Shown: positions 40,231 to 50,685 of the stretch, piece by piece | Position numbering within the stretch: the stretch's first letter is position 1 | How the letters are laid out: each line of letters opens with the position of its first letter | Assembly: GCA_041946735.1 (NCBI GenBank) | Contig: JBHGAY010000002.1 | Location: 160,001-224,000, forward strand | Reading direction: 5' to 3' | DNA: 64,000 nt | Source: Candidatus Eiseniibacteriota bacterium | Lineage (GTDB): Bacteria > Eisenbacteria > RBG-16-71-46 > CAIMUX01 > VGJL01 | Translations under genes and position numbers: made by a program | Notes under the pieces: model-generated | What the model was told of the DNA's origin: nothing | Database searches by the model: none | The model's input: the letters and a program-made list of their open reading frames with translations, nothing else

Positions 40231-40458
40231 ATGAAAGCTTCGAGCATCGTCGGCGTGCTGCTGATCATCGTCGGCATCGCGGCCCTGGCTCTCCAAGGCT
40301 TCCATTTCACCAAGAAGGAGAAGGCCCTCGACATCGGCGACATCGAGGTGACGACGGAGAAGCGCGAGCACGTCGCCCTTCCGCCGGTTCTCGGTGCGAT
40401 CGCCCTGATTGGCGGGATCGTTCTAGTGGCGGTGGGAAGCCGGGGGCGCAGCGGCTGA
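40231..40458 (+). CDS. Small two-TM membrane protein (DUF3185-like)
   Basis: GAGGAG RBS; TM-GF.FTKKEKALDIG.IE...LPP.LG-TM pattern. Confidence 0.75.
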   Translation: MKASSIVGVLLIIVGIAALALQGFHFTKKEKALDIGDIEVTTEKREHVALPPVLGAIALIGGIVLVAVGSRGRSG

Positions 40459-42396
40459 GAGGTCGGCCGGCCGCCCGTCGTCCCTGCGCTCGATCGTGAG
40501 CAGATCTCCGTAGGGCGAGAGCGGGTCGGGATGGTAGCCGATCAGGCGCGCGCCGAGCGCATCGAAGCGGACGTGACCGTCCAGGATCGCGCAGGGCCGC
40601 AGGGCGAGCGCCTTCGCCTCCACCTTCTGCCAGACGTTGGAGAGAGTGTCGGCAAGAGGGGATCGCGCGACCTGAATCAAGCTGTCCACCGCGGGGGCGG
40701 CGAGACCGGCGACGTTGTAGCTGCCGCCCCGTCCCCACAGCTCTCCGAGATCTTGGACGGCCGGCCGCTTCCACGCGACGACCGCCGCCTGGAAGCGGCG
40801 CTGCGCGATGCGGTCCGCCACTTCCGTCGCGGTCGCCGGCTGCAGGCGGCAACGGACCCCGAGCGCTTCGAGCTGCAGCAGAATCTCGACGGCGATCCGC
40901 TCGCGCCTCGCATTCGCCGGGTCGTAGAGGATCTCGAGATCGAGGGGACCGTAGAGCGCCAGCGCCGCGGCAATCGCCGCGGAGTCCGGGGCTGCGCCCT
41001 CGCTCGCGAATCGCGAACTGTCGGCGGTCGCCGTGGCGGCCGAGTCCGCTCCCGCGCCCGCGCCGCGCGTCGCGGCGGCCACGGGCGCCCCGCCTTGACT
41101 GTCCGGCTCGTGAGAAAGCAACGCAGAGAAGCCGGGAAGCGAGGAGCGCGCGGCAGCGGTATCCGGAACGCTGTCGAACGAGAACCCCGGAGCGATCGAG
41201 GGGCCCGGTATGGAGACGTCGCCTTCAATGGGACCGCCGCCTCCAGTGGAGACGCCGCCTTCAGCGGGAACGCTGTCCTCAGCAGAGACGCCGCCTTCCA
41301 CGGGGAAGGCGCCGGCGGCAGGGATCGGGCGGGGCCGGGCGACCTCCGTCCTCAAGAGCGTCCGCGTGAGAAGCCCCTCCCAGTCCTCGGCGGAGGAGAG
41401 CATGTCCGTTCCTCCCGCCGCCGCGGCTCGGATCCGGGCCCGGTCGAGCGCGGAGCCGACCACCTGCCGGGGACCGAGGCGGCCCCAGCCGAGGTCGTCG
41501 AGGTTCCAGACGAGGGCCTCGACGGCCGTGACGCCGGCGCGAACAAGGCGCACCTCCCCTGTCTCCTCCTGCAGCCGCGGCATCTCCTCCGGCGGCAGAT
41601 CGAGGGCGAGATCCGCGGCTCCCGTCGCGACCGCCAGCGCGCGCGAGCGTCCCGACGGGAGGAATCGCAGCAGGATCTTCTCCGAGCGGGGCGTCCGATC
41701 GAGCGGAGCGAAGGGGTGTCGCTCCAGGAGCATCTGCTGTCCGGGCTCCCATTCCACGACGCGGAACGGTCCCGCCGCCCGCACGGGGTACCCAGGCTCG
41801 CCGAGTCGCGTCTTCCGCTTCTGGCTGCGCGCCCAATCCTCCGCGGAGATCAGGGGAAGCGACGCCAGCTCGAGCGCGCGCGCCCGGGCGAGCGGACGCC
41901 GGAACCGGAACAGGACCTCTCCGGTCGACTCGATCGTCTCAACCGACTCGATCTCGTTCAGCCGCGCCGGCCAGGATCCGGCGATCGACGGATCGCGGTA
42001 GAGCCGGTAGCTGAGCTGGACGTCGGGCGCCCCGACGGCGGTCGTGTCCTCCCAGAACCGGTTGGGGTCGAGACGAAAGCGCATGCCTCGCCCTCCGTCC
42101 TCGAACTGCCAGGTCGTCGCCAGATCGCCGACGTAGTGCGCGTTTTCGAGGCTGTCCCCGTCGATCCGCACGAGGGACGGAAGGATCCAGGGCCAGATCG
42201 CCGCGGACGCCGAGCTGCGCGCGAGCGGCGGGACGAGATGGTCGGGCTCTTGAGGGACGACGACCACGAGCGCCGGGTACGTCTCGGCGAAGCGGTCCTC
42301 GGCGCTGCCCGCCGCATCTCGCCCCCGCCTCCCACCGCAACCGCCCGCGCTCGCGAGCAGGGCGACCAGGGTGAGCAGGGTCAGCGATCGGGTCAA
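40423..42396 (-). CDS. Peptide/nickel ABC transporter substrate-binding lipoprotein (SBP family 5) with low-complexity insertion
   Basis: Lipobox-like AGGC; GDLATTW...F.L.....[18 protein letters not shown] start overlaps the aroC stop. Confidence 0.78.
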   Translation of the reverse strand: MTRSLTLLTLVALLASAGGCGGRRGRDAAGSAEDRFAETYPALVVVVPQEPDHLVPPLARSSASAAIWPWILPSLVRIDGDSLENAHYVGDLATTWQFEDGGRGMRFRLDPNRFWEDTTAVGAPDVQLSYRLYRDPSIAGSWPARLNEIESVETIESTGEVLFRFRRPLARARALELASLPLISAEDWARSQKRKTRLGEPGYPVRAAGPFRVVEWEPGQQMLLERHPFAPLDRTPRSEKILLRFLPSGRSRALAVATGAADLALDLPPEEMPRLQEETGEVRLVRAGVTAVEALVWNLDDLGWGRLGPRQVVGSALDRARIRAAAAGGTDMLSSAEDWEGLLTRTLLRTEVARPRPIPAAGAFPVEGGVSAEDSVPAEGGVSTGGGGPIEGDVSIPGPSIAPGFSFDSVPDTAAARSSLPGFSALLSHEPDSQGGAPVAAATRGAGAGADSAATATADSSRFASEGAAPDSAAIAAALALYGPLDLEILYDPANARRERIAVEILLQLEALGVRCRLQPATATEVADRIAQRRFQAAVVAWKRPAVQDLGELWGRGGSYNVAGLAAPAVDSLIQVARSPLADTLSNVWQKVEAKALALRPCAILDGHVRFDALGARLIGYHPDPLSPYGDLLTIERRDDGRPADLSAAAPPASHRH

Positions 42397-43547
42397 GAGG
42401 AGGCCTCGCCGGAGGACGCCTCGCCGGGGCGGCGGGCGGCGGCATGCGCGTCGATACGCGCGGCCGCGCCTTCGAGCGCGAGCTGCCGCAGCGCATGGTC
42501 GGCCAGGACGATCGCCGCCATCGCTTCGACGATCGGAACCGCTCGAGGGACGACGCAAGGATCGTGACGGCCGGTGGCCGCGAGAATCCGAGCGTTCCCC
42601 TCCACGTCGACCGTCTCCTGCTCCTTGCGGATCGTCGCCGTCGGCTTGAATGCGACGCGCAGCAGGATCGGCTCTCCGTTGGAGATCCCGCCCTGGATGC
42701 CGCCGCTTCGATTGGAGACGGCGCGCACCCGCTCGCCGTCCCTCCGGAAGGGATCGTTGTGCGCCGATCCGGTCATGCGCGCGCCGGAGAAGCCCGATCC
42801 GCTCTCGAATCCCTTCGCCGCCGGAATGGACAGCATCGCGCGGCCGAGATCCGCTTCGAGCTTGTCGAAGACGGGCTCTCCCCATCCCGGCGGAACGCCG
42901 CGCGCGGCGAGGGCGACGACGCCGCCGAGCGAGTCGCCTTCGCGACGCGCCTGCTCGATCCGGCCGGTGATCGTCGCGGCGGCCGCGGGATCCGGACAAC
43001 GGGTCGGATCGGCGTCGACGTCCGCACGGCGCAGCGTCGCGGCGTCGACGCCGGCGGCTGCGATTCCCCCGATCTCGTCGACCCAGCCGACGAGATCGAC
43101 TCCGAACGCCGCGGCGAGCAGCTTCTCTGCGATCGCGCCCGCCGCGACCCGTCCGACCGTCTCCCGGGCGCTCGCCCTTCCGCCGCCGGATGCGCTGGCG
43201 ATCCCATACTTCGCGTGGTAGGTGAAGTCGGCATGCGAGGGGCGGAAGACGCCGGCGAGGGCGCGGTAGTCCGACGGCTTCGCATCCTCGTTCTCGACGA
43301 GCAGGAGGATCGGCGTGCCGAGCGTGAGGCCGTCCTGAACGCCGGAGAGGATGCGAATCCGGTCCGCCTCGCGCCGCGCGCTGGTCAGCCGGCTCTGTCC
43401 CGGCCGGCGCCGGTCGAGCTGCGCCTGCACGTCGTCCTCGGAGAGCGCGAGCCGCGGCGGGCATCCGTCCACGACCGCGCCGACCGCGGCCCCGTGGCTC
43501 TCTCCCCACGTCGTCACGCGGAACAGCCTGCCGATCGTGCTCGCCAT
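42393..43547 (-). CDS. aroC: Chorismate synthase
   Basis: [41 protein letters not shown]. Confidence 0.97.
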   Translation of the reverse strand: MASTIGRLFRVTTWGESHGAAVGAVVDGCPPRLALSEDDVQAQLDRRRPGQSRLTSARREADRIRILSGVQDGLTLGTPILLLVENEDAKPSDYRALAGVFRPSHADFTYHAKYGIASASGGGRASARETVGRVAAGAIAEKLLAAAFGVDLVGWVDEIGGIAAAGVDAATLRRADVDADPTRCPDPAAAATITGRIEQARREGDSLGGVVALAARGVPPGWGEPVFDKLEADLGRAMLSIPAAKGFESGSGFSGARMTGSAHNDPFRRDGERVRAVSNRSGGIQGGISNGEPILLRVAFKPTATIRKEQETVDVEGNARILAATGRHDPCVVPRAVPIVEAMAAIVLADHALRQLALEGAAARIDAHAAARRPGEASSGEASS

Positions 43548-43831
43548 GAACCGACCTCCCCTCGAAAGGGCTGGACTTTCCATCGCCCGCTGCGGAAGGA
43601 CCACCCTCGCCACACCACGCGGCCTGCGGAAGGATCTCCTTCGCCCGCGACCTCGGGCGAGGGTAGCGCGGCCGGCCGAGCCGGGCCAATCGAACGTTCC
43701 CCGCATGGCGCGCGGCCGCACGACTTGGGTGCGGAGGACTGCGTCCGGTAGCCTGGAGGAAGGAGGGCGCGAGACGCGTTCCATGTATGCCGTCTCGCTC
43801 CCCACCGGCCGCGGAAAGGCTCGAAACGACC

Positions 43832-44941
43832 ATGAAAGCGATCGCGGTGAGGCCGGGAGTGAAGAGGTCGGCGAGGCTCGTCGACCGTCCGGTGCCTCGA
43901 ATTCTTGCGGCGGACGAGGTCAAGGCGAAGGTTCTCCACGTGGGCGTGTGCGGAACCGATCGCGATGAGATCGAAGGCGGCCGCGCCAAGCCACCCGAAG
44001 GGTCGGAGGATCTCGTCATCGGTCACGAGATGCTCGGACAGGTCGTCGAGATCGGCGGAGCGGTGCAGGGCGTCCGTCCCGGAGATCGCGTCGTCTTCAC
44101 GGTTCGTCGCGGTTGCGGCCGCTGCCGCCCTTGCCGCCTCGGCCGGTCGGATCTCTGCCGAACCGGGCTCTACCGCGAGCGGGGCATCTGGGGACTGGAC
44201 GGCTATCAGACGGAGTTCGCGGTCGAGCGCGAGCAGAACGTGGTGCACGTTCCGGACGCCGCGGGCCGCGCCGCCGTTCTCACCGAGCCGCTCTCGATCG
44301 TCGAGAAGGTGATCGAGGAAATGATCCGGGTGCAGGCGAACCGCCTGCCGGACTGGTCGAGGGGGGAAGCGCCGCTTCGGGGTCGCCACTGCCTGGTCGC
44401 CGGTCTCGGTCCGGTCGGCCTTCTCGCGGCGCTCGTGCTCCACCTTCGCGGCGCGGAGGTGTTCGGTCTCGACATCCTCGATGCGGACGCGGCGCGTCCC
44501 CGCTGGCTCGCTTCGATCGGCGGCACCTACATCGACGGCCGGGAAGTCCCGCCCGATCGCCTCGACGAGAAGATCGGAGCGATGAACATGATCGTCGAGG
44601 CGACCGGGGTCCCGGGGCTCGCGTTGAACCTCCTCGACGCGCTCGACCGTGACGGGATCTACGGGCTCACCGGAATCCCAGACGGCGCGGGCCTGATCCG
44701 CGTGCCCGGAGCCGAGCTGATGCGTCAGCTCGTCCTTCAGAACCAGGTGATGATGGGGAGCGTGAACGCCTCGAAGTCGCACTTCGCTGCGGCGGTCGCG
44801 GATCTCGCGCTCGCGGAGCGGGTCCTGCCGGGCAAGTGCGACGAGATGATCACCGGAAGCGTGCCGTTCGACCGCTTCGAGGACGCATTCGACAACCCGT
44901 CGGCCGATTCGATCAAGACCCTCATCGACTGGAATCCCTAG
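43832..44941 (+). CDS. Zn-dependent glucose 1-dehydrogenase (MDR family)
   Basis: [20 protein letters not shown]...C, YRERGI.G.DGY, GLGPVG, GSVNA. Confidence 0.85.
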   Translation: MKAIAVRPGVKRSARLVDRPVPRILAADEVKAKVLHVGVCGTDRDEIEGGRAKPPEGSEDLVIGHEMLGQVVEIGGAVQGVRPGDRVVFTVRRGCGRCRPCRLGRSDLCRTGLYRERGIWGLDGYQTEFAVEREQNVVHVPDAAGRAAVLTEPLSIVEKVIEEMIRVQANRLPDWSRGEAPLRGRHCLVAGLGPVGLLAALVLHLRGAEVFGLDILDADAARPRWLASIGGTYIDGREVPPDRLDEKIGAMNMIVEATGVPGLALNLLDALDRDGIYGLTGIPDGAGLIRVPGAELMRQLVLQNQVMMGSVNASKSHFAAAVADLALAERVLPGKCDEMITGSVPFDRFEDAFDNPSADSIKTLIDWNP

Positions 44942-45079
44942 CCGGCGCCACCGGTGAGAGCGAAGAGGCGCGCCCGTCGCAGCGGATGCGCGCCTCTTCG
45001 CGTGGTTCGGCTCGGCGGCGCCGCTTGCGCGTACGCCGGGGATCGACGAGCGGGGATCGACGAGCGGGCGCGCCCGGTC

Positions 45080-45571
45080 TCAGCCGAGCGGGGGCGCGGT
45101 CGCCGTCTGGGACGGCACCTCGAAGCGCGGCTCCGCCTTCTCCAGCTCCTGGTACTGCCGCTGCATCTCCGTTCCGAGCTGCTCGAGCTTCTTCTCGTCG
45201 ACGATCTTCTCGACCTTCGGGAAGAGGGTCTTCTCCTCCTCCTTCACGTGATGGTCGACGAGGTCCTTCAGGACCTTCATCTTCGCGTCGTAGGTTTCGT
45301 CGGTCGGGTCGAGGTCGAGCAGGTCGGCGATCACTCGCTTGACGGCGAGGTGCTCCTCGAGCGATTCGAGCAGAATCTCCTGGGTATTCTCCGCCTTGAT
45401 GCCCGGATAGAACGTGTTCTCCTCGATCGACGCGTGGCCCGCGAGCCGGTCGGCGATCTTCTCGAAGAGTTCCTGCTTGGTTTTGTGCGCCTTCTCCCCT
45501 GCCGCTTCGTACCTGGTGAAGAGCTCCTCGACTTCACGATGCTGCTTCTTCAGCAACTCGATCGCGTTCAC
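45080..45571 (-). CDS. Hemerythrin (HHE) domain protein
   Basis: LLKKQH, HASIEE..FYP, EEH, HHVKEEE..LFP. Confidence 0.9.
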   Translation of the reverse strand: MNAIELLKKQHREVEELFTRYEAAGEKAHKTKQELFEKIADRLAGHASIEENTFYPGIKAENTQEILLESLEEHLAVKRVIADLLDLDPTDETYDAKMKVLKDLVDHHVKEEEKTLFPKVEKIVDEKKLEQLGTEMQRQYQELEKAEPRFEVPSQTATAPPLG

Positions 45572-46014
45572 GTCTCCTCCTTTCGCTCGTCTGCGCGAGC
45601 TCGCCCTCGTTCGCTCTCGCCGGCGCCTCCGCTTCGCGCGAAAGGCAGGCCGCTTCTCCGTCGCCTCCGTCCTCCGCCATCGCAGTCTTTCGCGATCCCA
45701 AACTCTCTATCTTTACCTCTAACAGAGCCCCCCACGTCTCCCAACCCAAAGCGGATTCATGAGAGCGATGTAAGGCACTCGCCGCCCCGCGCGCGATCCG
45801 GAGACGGCCGGCCGCGAGGGTTGGGCTTTCGCCGCGAGCGACCTCCCTCGCGCAACCTCCCCCGTGCCCCGCGCGGCCTCCCGCCCGCGCCCTTGAGGGC
45901 CGGCCGTCGGGGTGGTAGCGTCCTCAACGGTTTGGCGACATCGGTTCCCGGGAACGCGTTTCGGCGGTTCTCGCTTCGTTTGGCGCCCGCCTTCCGGCAT
46001 CCCGACGCGGCCCG

Positions 46015-47793
46015 ATGCGATCCCGAACCTGGGTTCGATCGATCTCGAGGCCGGCATTCCAGGAGAAGAAGAAGCTGCCCACTCTGACCCATCGCGCGAA
46101 GGCCGATCGCCTCGCCTATCTGCTCCAGGTCGCTCGCGATCTGGAGCGTTTCGCGCCCGACGAGGACGCCGACCGCATGCTCCGTCACGTCCACCGCGGA
46201 CTGGGCAAGCAGCTCGGCGCGGACCTGGGCTTCGCCTGGCGGCTCGATCGCGGCGTCACGATCCAGGCCACCTACCACCTCTGCTGGACGGCGAAGGGGG
46301 AGAAGCGGCTCGCTTCCGCGCCGCGGGAATCGCTGAGCGAGGAGGCGCTTCGCTTCGCGCGCGACCGGAAGTCGCCGCCCGATCCTGCTCTCCTTCTCAC
46401 CGTCGTGGAGTCTGCCGGGCGGCCGATCGGAGTGCTCGCGTTCCTCCGTCCTGGAAAGGCGTTCGGCCGCTCCGACGCGCTCTTCGCCGCTGACGCGGCC
46501 GAAATCCTGGGGCGCTCGCTCACGCATCGCGAGCAGGAGAGGCTCTTCGAGGTCCGCGAGCGGATTCTGCGCAAGGTCCTGCTGCAGCTGCGCCCGGCCG
46601 ACGTCCTCTATCAGGTGCTGCACGGACTGAAGCGCCTCCTGCGCTTCGACCATTCCGCGAGCGTGCAGACCTTCGATCCGGTCGAGTCGACGCTGACCGT
46701 CCGGGCGGAGACGATCGCGTGGACGAAGGCGAAGAGCCGGCGGATCGGCGAGATGGTCGAGATCGATGCCGCCAGCCGGGCGTTCCTCGGGAGGATCGAG
46801 CGCTCGCTTCTTCTCGATCCGTCGAAGCCGCCCGGCGATCTCCCTGCTCCGCTGCTCGAATCGTTTTGCGGCTCCGGTCCCGGCGTGCCCCCCGCGAGGT
46901 CGATCATCCTGGCGACGCTGGGCGGCCCCGACGGGCTCGTCGGAGTCCTCGTGATCCGGGATCTCGCCTCCGGCGCCTTCGTGCCGGCCGATCAGGCGAC
47001 GATCGATTCGTTCCTCCACATCCTGTCGGCGACGGCGCGCCACTACGAGTTCTTCCGGCAGCAGCAGACGCGACTGCTCGAAGCGGAGCGGCGCACCGCG
47101 CTCGGCGATCTGGCTCGCGCGATTTCGCACGACCTCAACAACGCCTTCGGGGTGATCCAGCCTCTGCTCGAGACGCTGCGGCGTGAGGCGGAGGCAGGGA
47201 CGATCGATCCCGCAAGGCTGCAGATGGATCTCGAGGTGCTCGAGCAGTACGTCGCCACCTCGCTGCGGATCTTCCAGGGACTGCTCTCGTTCTCGCGCGG
47301 CTCCATCGAGCCGGCGCGCGAGCTGCAGTTGCAGGACTGTCTGGAGTCGGTGCTCGCCCTGCTCGCGCGTAGCTTCGAGGCGCAGGGGATCTCTACGGTC
47401 CGGCGGATCGACGGCGATTTCCCGCGATTCCATGCCCGGCGCCAGGACATGGAGCAGCTCTTCCTGAACCTCCTCACGAACGCGCGCGAAAGCATGCCGG
47501 ACGGCGGGACGCTGACGATCGAGGCGGCCGTGGAGCCGGGCCCCGATGGCGAATCGTTGCACATTCAGATCCACGACACCGGGGTCGGGATCCCCGAGGA
47601 TCTGCTGCCGCGCATCTTCGAGCCGTTCTTCACGACGAAGCGCGGCGGGACCGGCCTCGGCCTCGACGTCTGCCGGTCGATCGTGTGGGAATACGATGGC
47701 CAGCTCTGGCTCCAGTCGAAGCTCGGGCGCGGAACGACCGCGCACGTGCGCCTGCCGCGCCAGCCGCGCCGCCGCGAGGAGCCCGAAACGTGA
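46015..47793 (+). CDS. Cytoplasmic GAF-domain sensor histidine kinase
   Basis: Two GAF-like regions; SHDLNN, NLLTNA, DTGVGI, FEPFFTTK, GTGLGL. Start uncertain. Confidence 0.88.
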   Translation: MRSRTWVRSISRPAFQEKKKLPTLTHRAKADRLAYLLQVARDLERFAPDEDADRMLRHVHRGLGKQLGADLGFAWRLDRGVTIQATYHLCWTAKGEKRLASAPRESLSEEALRFARDRKSPPDPALLLTVVESAGRPIGVLAFLRPGKAFGRSDALFAADAAEILGRSLTHREQERLFEVRERILRKVLLQLRPADVLYQVLHGLKRLLRFDHSASVQTFDPVESTLTVRAETIAWTKAKSRRIGEMVEIDAASRAFLGRIERSLLLDPSKPPGDLPAPLLESFCGSGPGVPPARSIILATLGGPDGLVGVLVIRDLASGAFVPADQATIDSFLHILSATARHYEFFRQQQTRLLEAERRTALGDLARAISHDLNNAFGVIQPLLETLRREAEAGTIDPARLQMDLEVLEQYVATSLRIFQGLLSFSRGSIEPARELQLQDCLESVLALLARSFEAQGISTVRRIDGDFPRFHARRQDMEQLFLNLLTNARESMPDGGTLTIEAAVEPGPDGESLHIQIHDTGVGIPEDLLPRIFEPFFTTKRGGTGLGLDVCRSIVWEYDGQLWLQSKLGRGTTAHVRLPRQPRRREEPET

Positions 47794-47821
47794 GGCCGCG
47801 GAAAGCGGAGGAGGCAAGCTC

Positions 47822-49075
47822 GTGAGCGTCCCCCCCGATTCCCAGGCGAGCGAGGGGCGGGAGAACGACGCGCCCGACGCCGCGCCCGACAGCACGCCCG
47901 ACGCCGCGCGCGACCTCACGCCCGACGCCGCGCCTCCGTTCCGCCGGTCGGTCCTGGTCGTGGACGACGAGCCCGGCCTCCGGTACACCGCCCGGAGAAT
48001 TCTCGAGCCCGGCTACGAAGTGATCGACGCGAAGAGCGGGGAGGAGGCGCTCGACCGGCTCGGCGAGCGGAGCTTCCATATCGCGCTCGTCGACGTTCGC
48101 CTGCCCGGGCTGAGCGGCCTCGAGTTGCTGGCGGCGATCAAGGTCCTCTCCCCTTCGACCGACGTCGTCATCATGACCGGATCGGCGAAGGATCCGGACG
48201 AGGCGCTCCTCGGATCGATCCGCCGCAAGGCGTTCTTCTTCCTGCAGAAGCCGTTCAGCGCCGCCGTGCTTCGCACGCTCGTCGACCGGATCGCCGAGAC
48301 GCAGGTTCTCGAGGAGCGCGTGAAGCAGCACGCGGCCCGGCTCGAGGAGGATCTCGAAAGCGCGAGGATCTTTCAGCGCGCGCTCATCCCGTCGCTCCCC
48401 TGGAAGGGGGATCGCATCGTCATCGATGGCATCTACGTCGGATGCGAGCAGCTCAGCGGCGATCTCATCGATTGCTTCAGCCTTCCCTCGGGCGGAGGCT
48501 CGCTTCTGCTCGCCGCCGACATCATGGGGCACGGAGCGTCGGCAGCGATGATGACCGGGATGGTGAAAGGCCAGTTCCGCGCCGCGGCCGCGCAGCATGC
48601 CGACCCCGAGGCGCTGCTCCGCGCCGCCGACGAGGTCCTGCACGGATTCCAGCTCCAGCGATTCCTGACGGCGCTCGTCGTCCTCGACGATCCGGAGGGC
48701 GGCACCGTTCGCTACGCGGGCGCCGGACATCCTCCAGGCTTCCTCCGTCTTCCCGGCGGGAAGGTGGAACGTCTCGAGAGCGACGGCCCGCCACTGAACC
48801 TCCACCTGCCCGATCCGATCGAACGCTGCGGCCGGATCCTCCCCCGCGAACCGGGCAGCCGGCTGCTGCTGTGGACCGATGGTCTGGGCGATGCGCTTTC
48901 ACCGTCCGGAGAGCGGTTCCAGGAGACGCCGGAGTTCGCGAGCGCGATCGAGGCGGCGCTCGCGTGCGACAATCCCTCGGCCGCGCGGGCGGAGATCGAG
49001 GCGGCGCTCTTCGCGCACACCGCCCATCGGGCACAAGAGGACGATTGGGCGTTCCTCATTGCGGCGCTCGAGTAG
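47822..49075 (+). CDS. Response regulator with PP2C/SpoIIE phosphatase domain (RsbU-like)
   Basis: VVDDE, VDVRLP, KPF in the REC domain; SGD, ADIMGHG, WTDGL, EDD in the PP2C domain; GGAGGAGG RBS. Confidence 0.9.
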   Translation: MSVPPDSQASEGRENDAPDAAPDSTPDAARDLTPDAAPPFRRSVLVVDDEPGLRYTARRILEPGYEVIDAKSGEEALDRLGERSFHIALVDVRLPGLSGLELLAAIKVLSPSTDVVIMTGSAKDPDEALLGSIRRKAFFFLQKPFSAAVLRTLVDRIAETQVLEERVKQHAARLEEDLESARIFQRALIPSLPWKGDRIVIDGIYVGCEQLSGDLIDCFSLPSGGGSLLLAADIMGHGASAAMMTGMVKGQFRAAAAQHADPEALLRAADEVLHGFQLQRFLTALVVLDDPEGGTVRYAGAGHPPGFLRLPGGKVERLESDGPPLNLHLPDPIERCGRILPREPGSRLLLWTDGLGDALSPSGERFQETPEFASAIEAALACDNPSAARAEIEAALFAHTAHRAQEDDWAFLIAALE

Positions 49076-49273
49076 GGGACGCACCAGTTGGCGTGCCGCA
49101 CCCATGGCTTCACAGCAGGTCGGAATAATCGCGAATGACGAGTCGGCAAGGTGCAAAACGACCGACTTGATCCCGGCGGTGCCGTGCGGAACCACGAAGC
49201 GTTGTGGAACAGCAGCGCTTCCCGGTCCCGCAGGAAGTCGCGGTGATCGCGCAAAAGGCCAGGATCCCCGGCG

Positions 49274-50635
49274 CTACTGGCGCCGCAGTCCGTCCAGGAA
49301 TCCCGCGTCCACCCAGTACATGTCGCCGGCCAGACAGAAGAAGAGGTATCGACCGTCGGGAGAGAGTGCCGCCTGCCCGACGGGCGGAATGCCGAGCTTG
49401 TCGTCGAGCCGGACGATCGAGCCCCAGGATCCATCCGGCTTGCGGAAGCAGACATAGAGCCCCGCGCCCGGATTCCGGTAGGTGTCGAAGAGCAGGAGGC
49501 TCTCGTCCGGCGTGATGAAGGGGTGCGCGTCCGGAGCCTCCGAGTTCACGTCGCCGGGAATCACTTCGGGCTCGCCATAGGACGCCTCGGAGATCGTTGT
49601 GTCCCTCCCTTCGGAGCCCGGCGCTCCCTGCCCGGCCGGAGTCCTGCGGACGATGACGCCGTAGTCAGGACGGCCCGTGATCTCGGTGTAGTAGAGAACT
49701 CCGTCCCGCGTCGCCGTCGCATACATTCCGGTGAACAGCCTCTCCGCGGCTCCCCATCGGTCGCCGGCGCGCGGCGCGGCATAGATCGTGCGCTCTTCCC
49801 GCATTCCCTTCCGCCCGCAGAAGAAGATCGTCCGCCCGTTCGGGGCGACGCTGGCTTCCTCTGTCAGATAGGGATCCTCGAGCAGACGCACCGGCTCGGG
49901 AGCAGTCCACCCATCCTCGTTCCACCGGCACACCAGCGTTCCGACCAGCGACCGCGAGAAGTAGATCTCGCGGCCGTCCGGCGCGAAGGTGATCGAGTAC
50001 TCGTGGTCGGTGGTCGAGACGATCCCGGGCGCGAACACCTCCGGTCGCGTGGCTGGAGGCCTCTGGCCCAGATACGGCCCTTGGAGGCCGGTGCTCGCGC
50101 CCGGGGAGTGTTTCCCCTCCATCGCGAGCTGGATGCGCACGGTTGCGAGGAGCGCATCGAGATGATCTCGCATCCACGCGAGATCGCTGCGCTCCGGGTT
50201 CATCTGCGCGGCTCGCGCAAACGCAGCCCTAGCCTGCTCCTCTCTTGCGACCGCCAGATAGGCGGTCGCCAGCTCTGCGGCGAGCGGAGGCGAGTCGGCG
50301 TAGACGTTCGCGAGCAGCTCGATCAGAGCGAGCGAATCCCCCTTCCGGCCCTGCTGCTTCAGGCGCGCCGGAATCTCGCGCGCGAGCTGGTACATGTCGA
50401 TCTCGTAGGCGCCGGTCGTGTCCGCGAGGATTCCACGCAATCGCTCGATCGCCGCATCGATGCCTTCGTCGAGGAGAGCCTTCTCGAAGATCATCGCCGC
50501 CGAGGCGGGCGGCGTGCCGGCGGGTGCCGGATCGGTTCGCTCCGGCTGGGCGATGCCCGTGCTGCTGAAGATCGCGCAGGCCGCTCCCATCAGGAAGACT
50601 GCGGGGAGCCTGGAGAACACGGTTCCCGTTCTCAT
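49274..50635 (-). CDS. Secreted TPR + TolB/PD40 beta-propeller protein
   Basis: Signal peptide; TPR-like helices; GPYLGQ.PP...EVFAPG, FAPDG, ITPDE, LSPDG repeats. Confidence 0.8.
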   Translation of the reverse strand: MRTGTVFSRLPAVFLMGAACAIFSSTGIAQPERTDPAPAGTPPASAAMIFEKALLDEGIDAAIERLRGILADTTGAYEIDMYQLAREIPARLKQQGRKGDSLALIELLANVYADSPPLAAELATAYLAVAREEQARAAFARAAQMNPERSDLAWMRDHLDALLATVRIQLAMEGKHSPGASTGLQGPYLGQRPPATRPEVFAPGIVSTTDHEYSITFAPDGREIYFSRSLVGTLVCRWNEDGWTAPEPVRLLEDPYLTEEASVAPNGRTIFFCGRKGMREERTIYAAPRAGDRWGAAERLFTGMYATATRDGVLYYTEITGRPDYGVIVRRTPAGQGAPGSEGRDTTISEASYGEPEVIPGDVNSEAPDAHPFITPDESLLLFDTYRNPGAGLYVCFRKPDGSWGSIVRLDDKLGIPPVGQAALSPDGRYLFFCLAGDMYWVDAGFLDGLRRQ

Positions 50636-50685
50636 CGTTTCCCCCTTCCCCGGCCGTCCGGAGCCGGCCGGCGGTGGCGATCGAG

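Noticed and set aside
43768..43783. sigma54 promoter for aroC (TGGAACGCGTCTCGC on the minus strand)
   Set aside because: GG-N10-GC spacing fits, but both boxes deviate from consensus and it lies over 200 bp from the start; likely chance
40423..44019. 1198-aa ORF as one protein
   Set aside because: The upstream part overlaps aroC in another frame; the real gene starts near 42396
49140..49170. tracrRNA-like or attC element
   Set aside because: Only a 6-bp stem; no attC core sites and no Cas9 or integrase nearby
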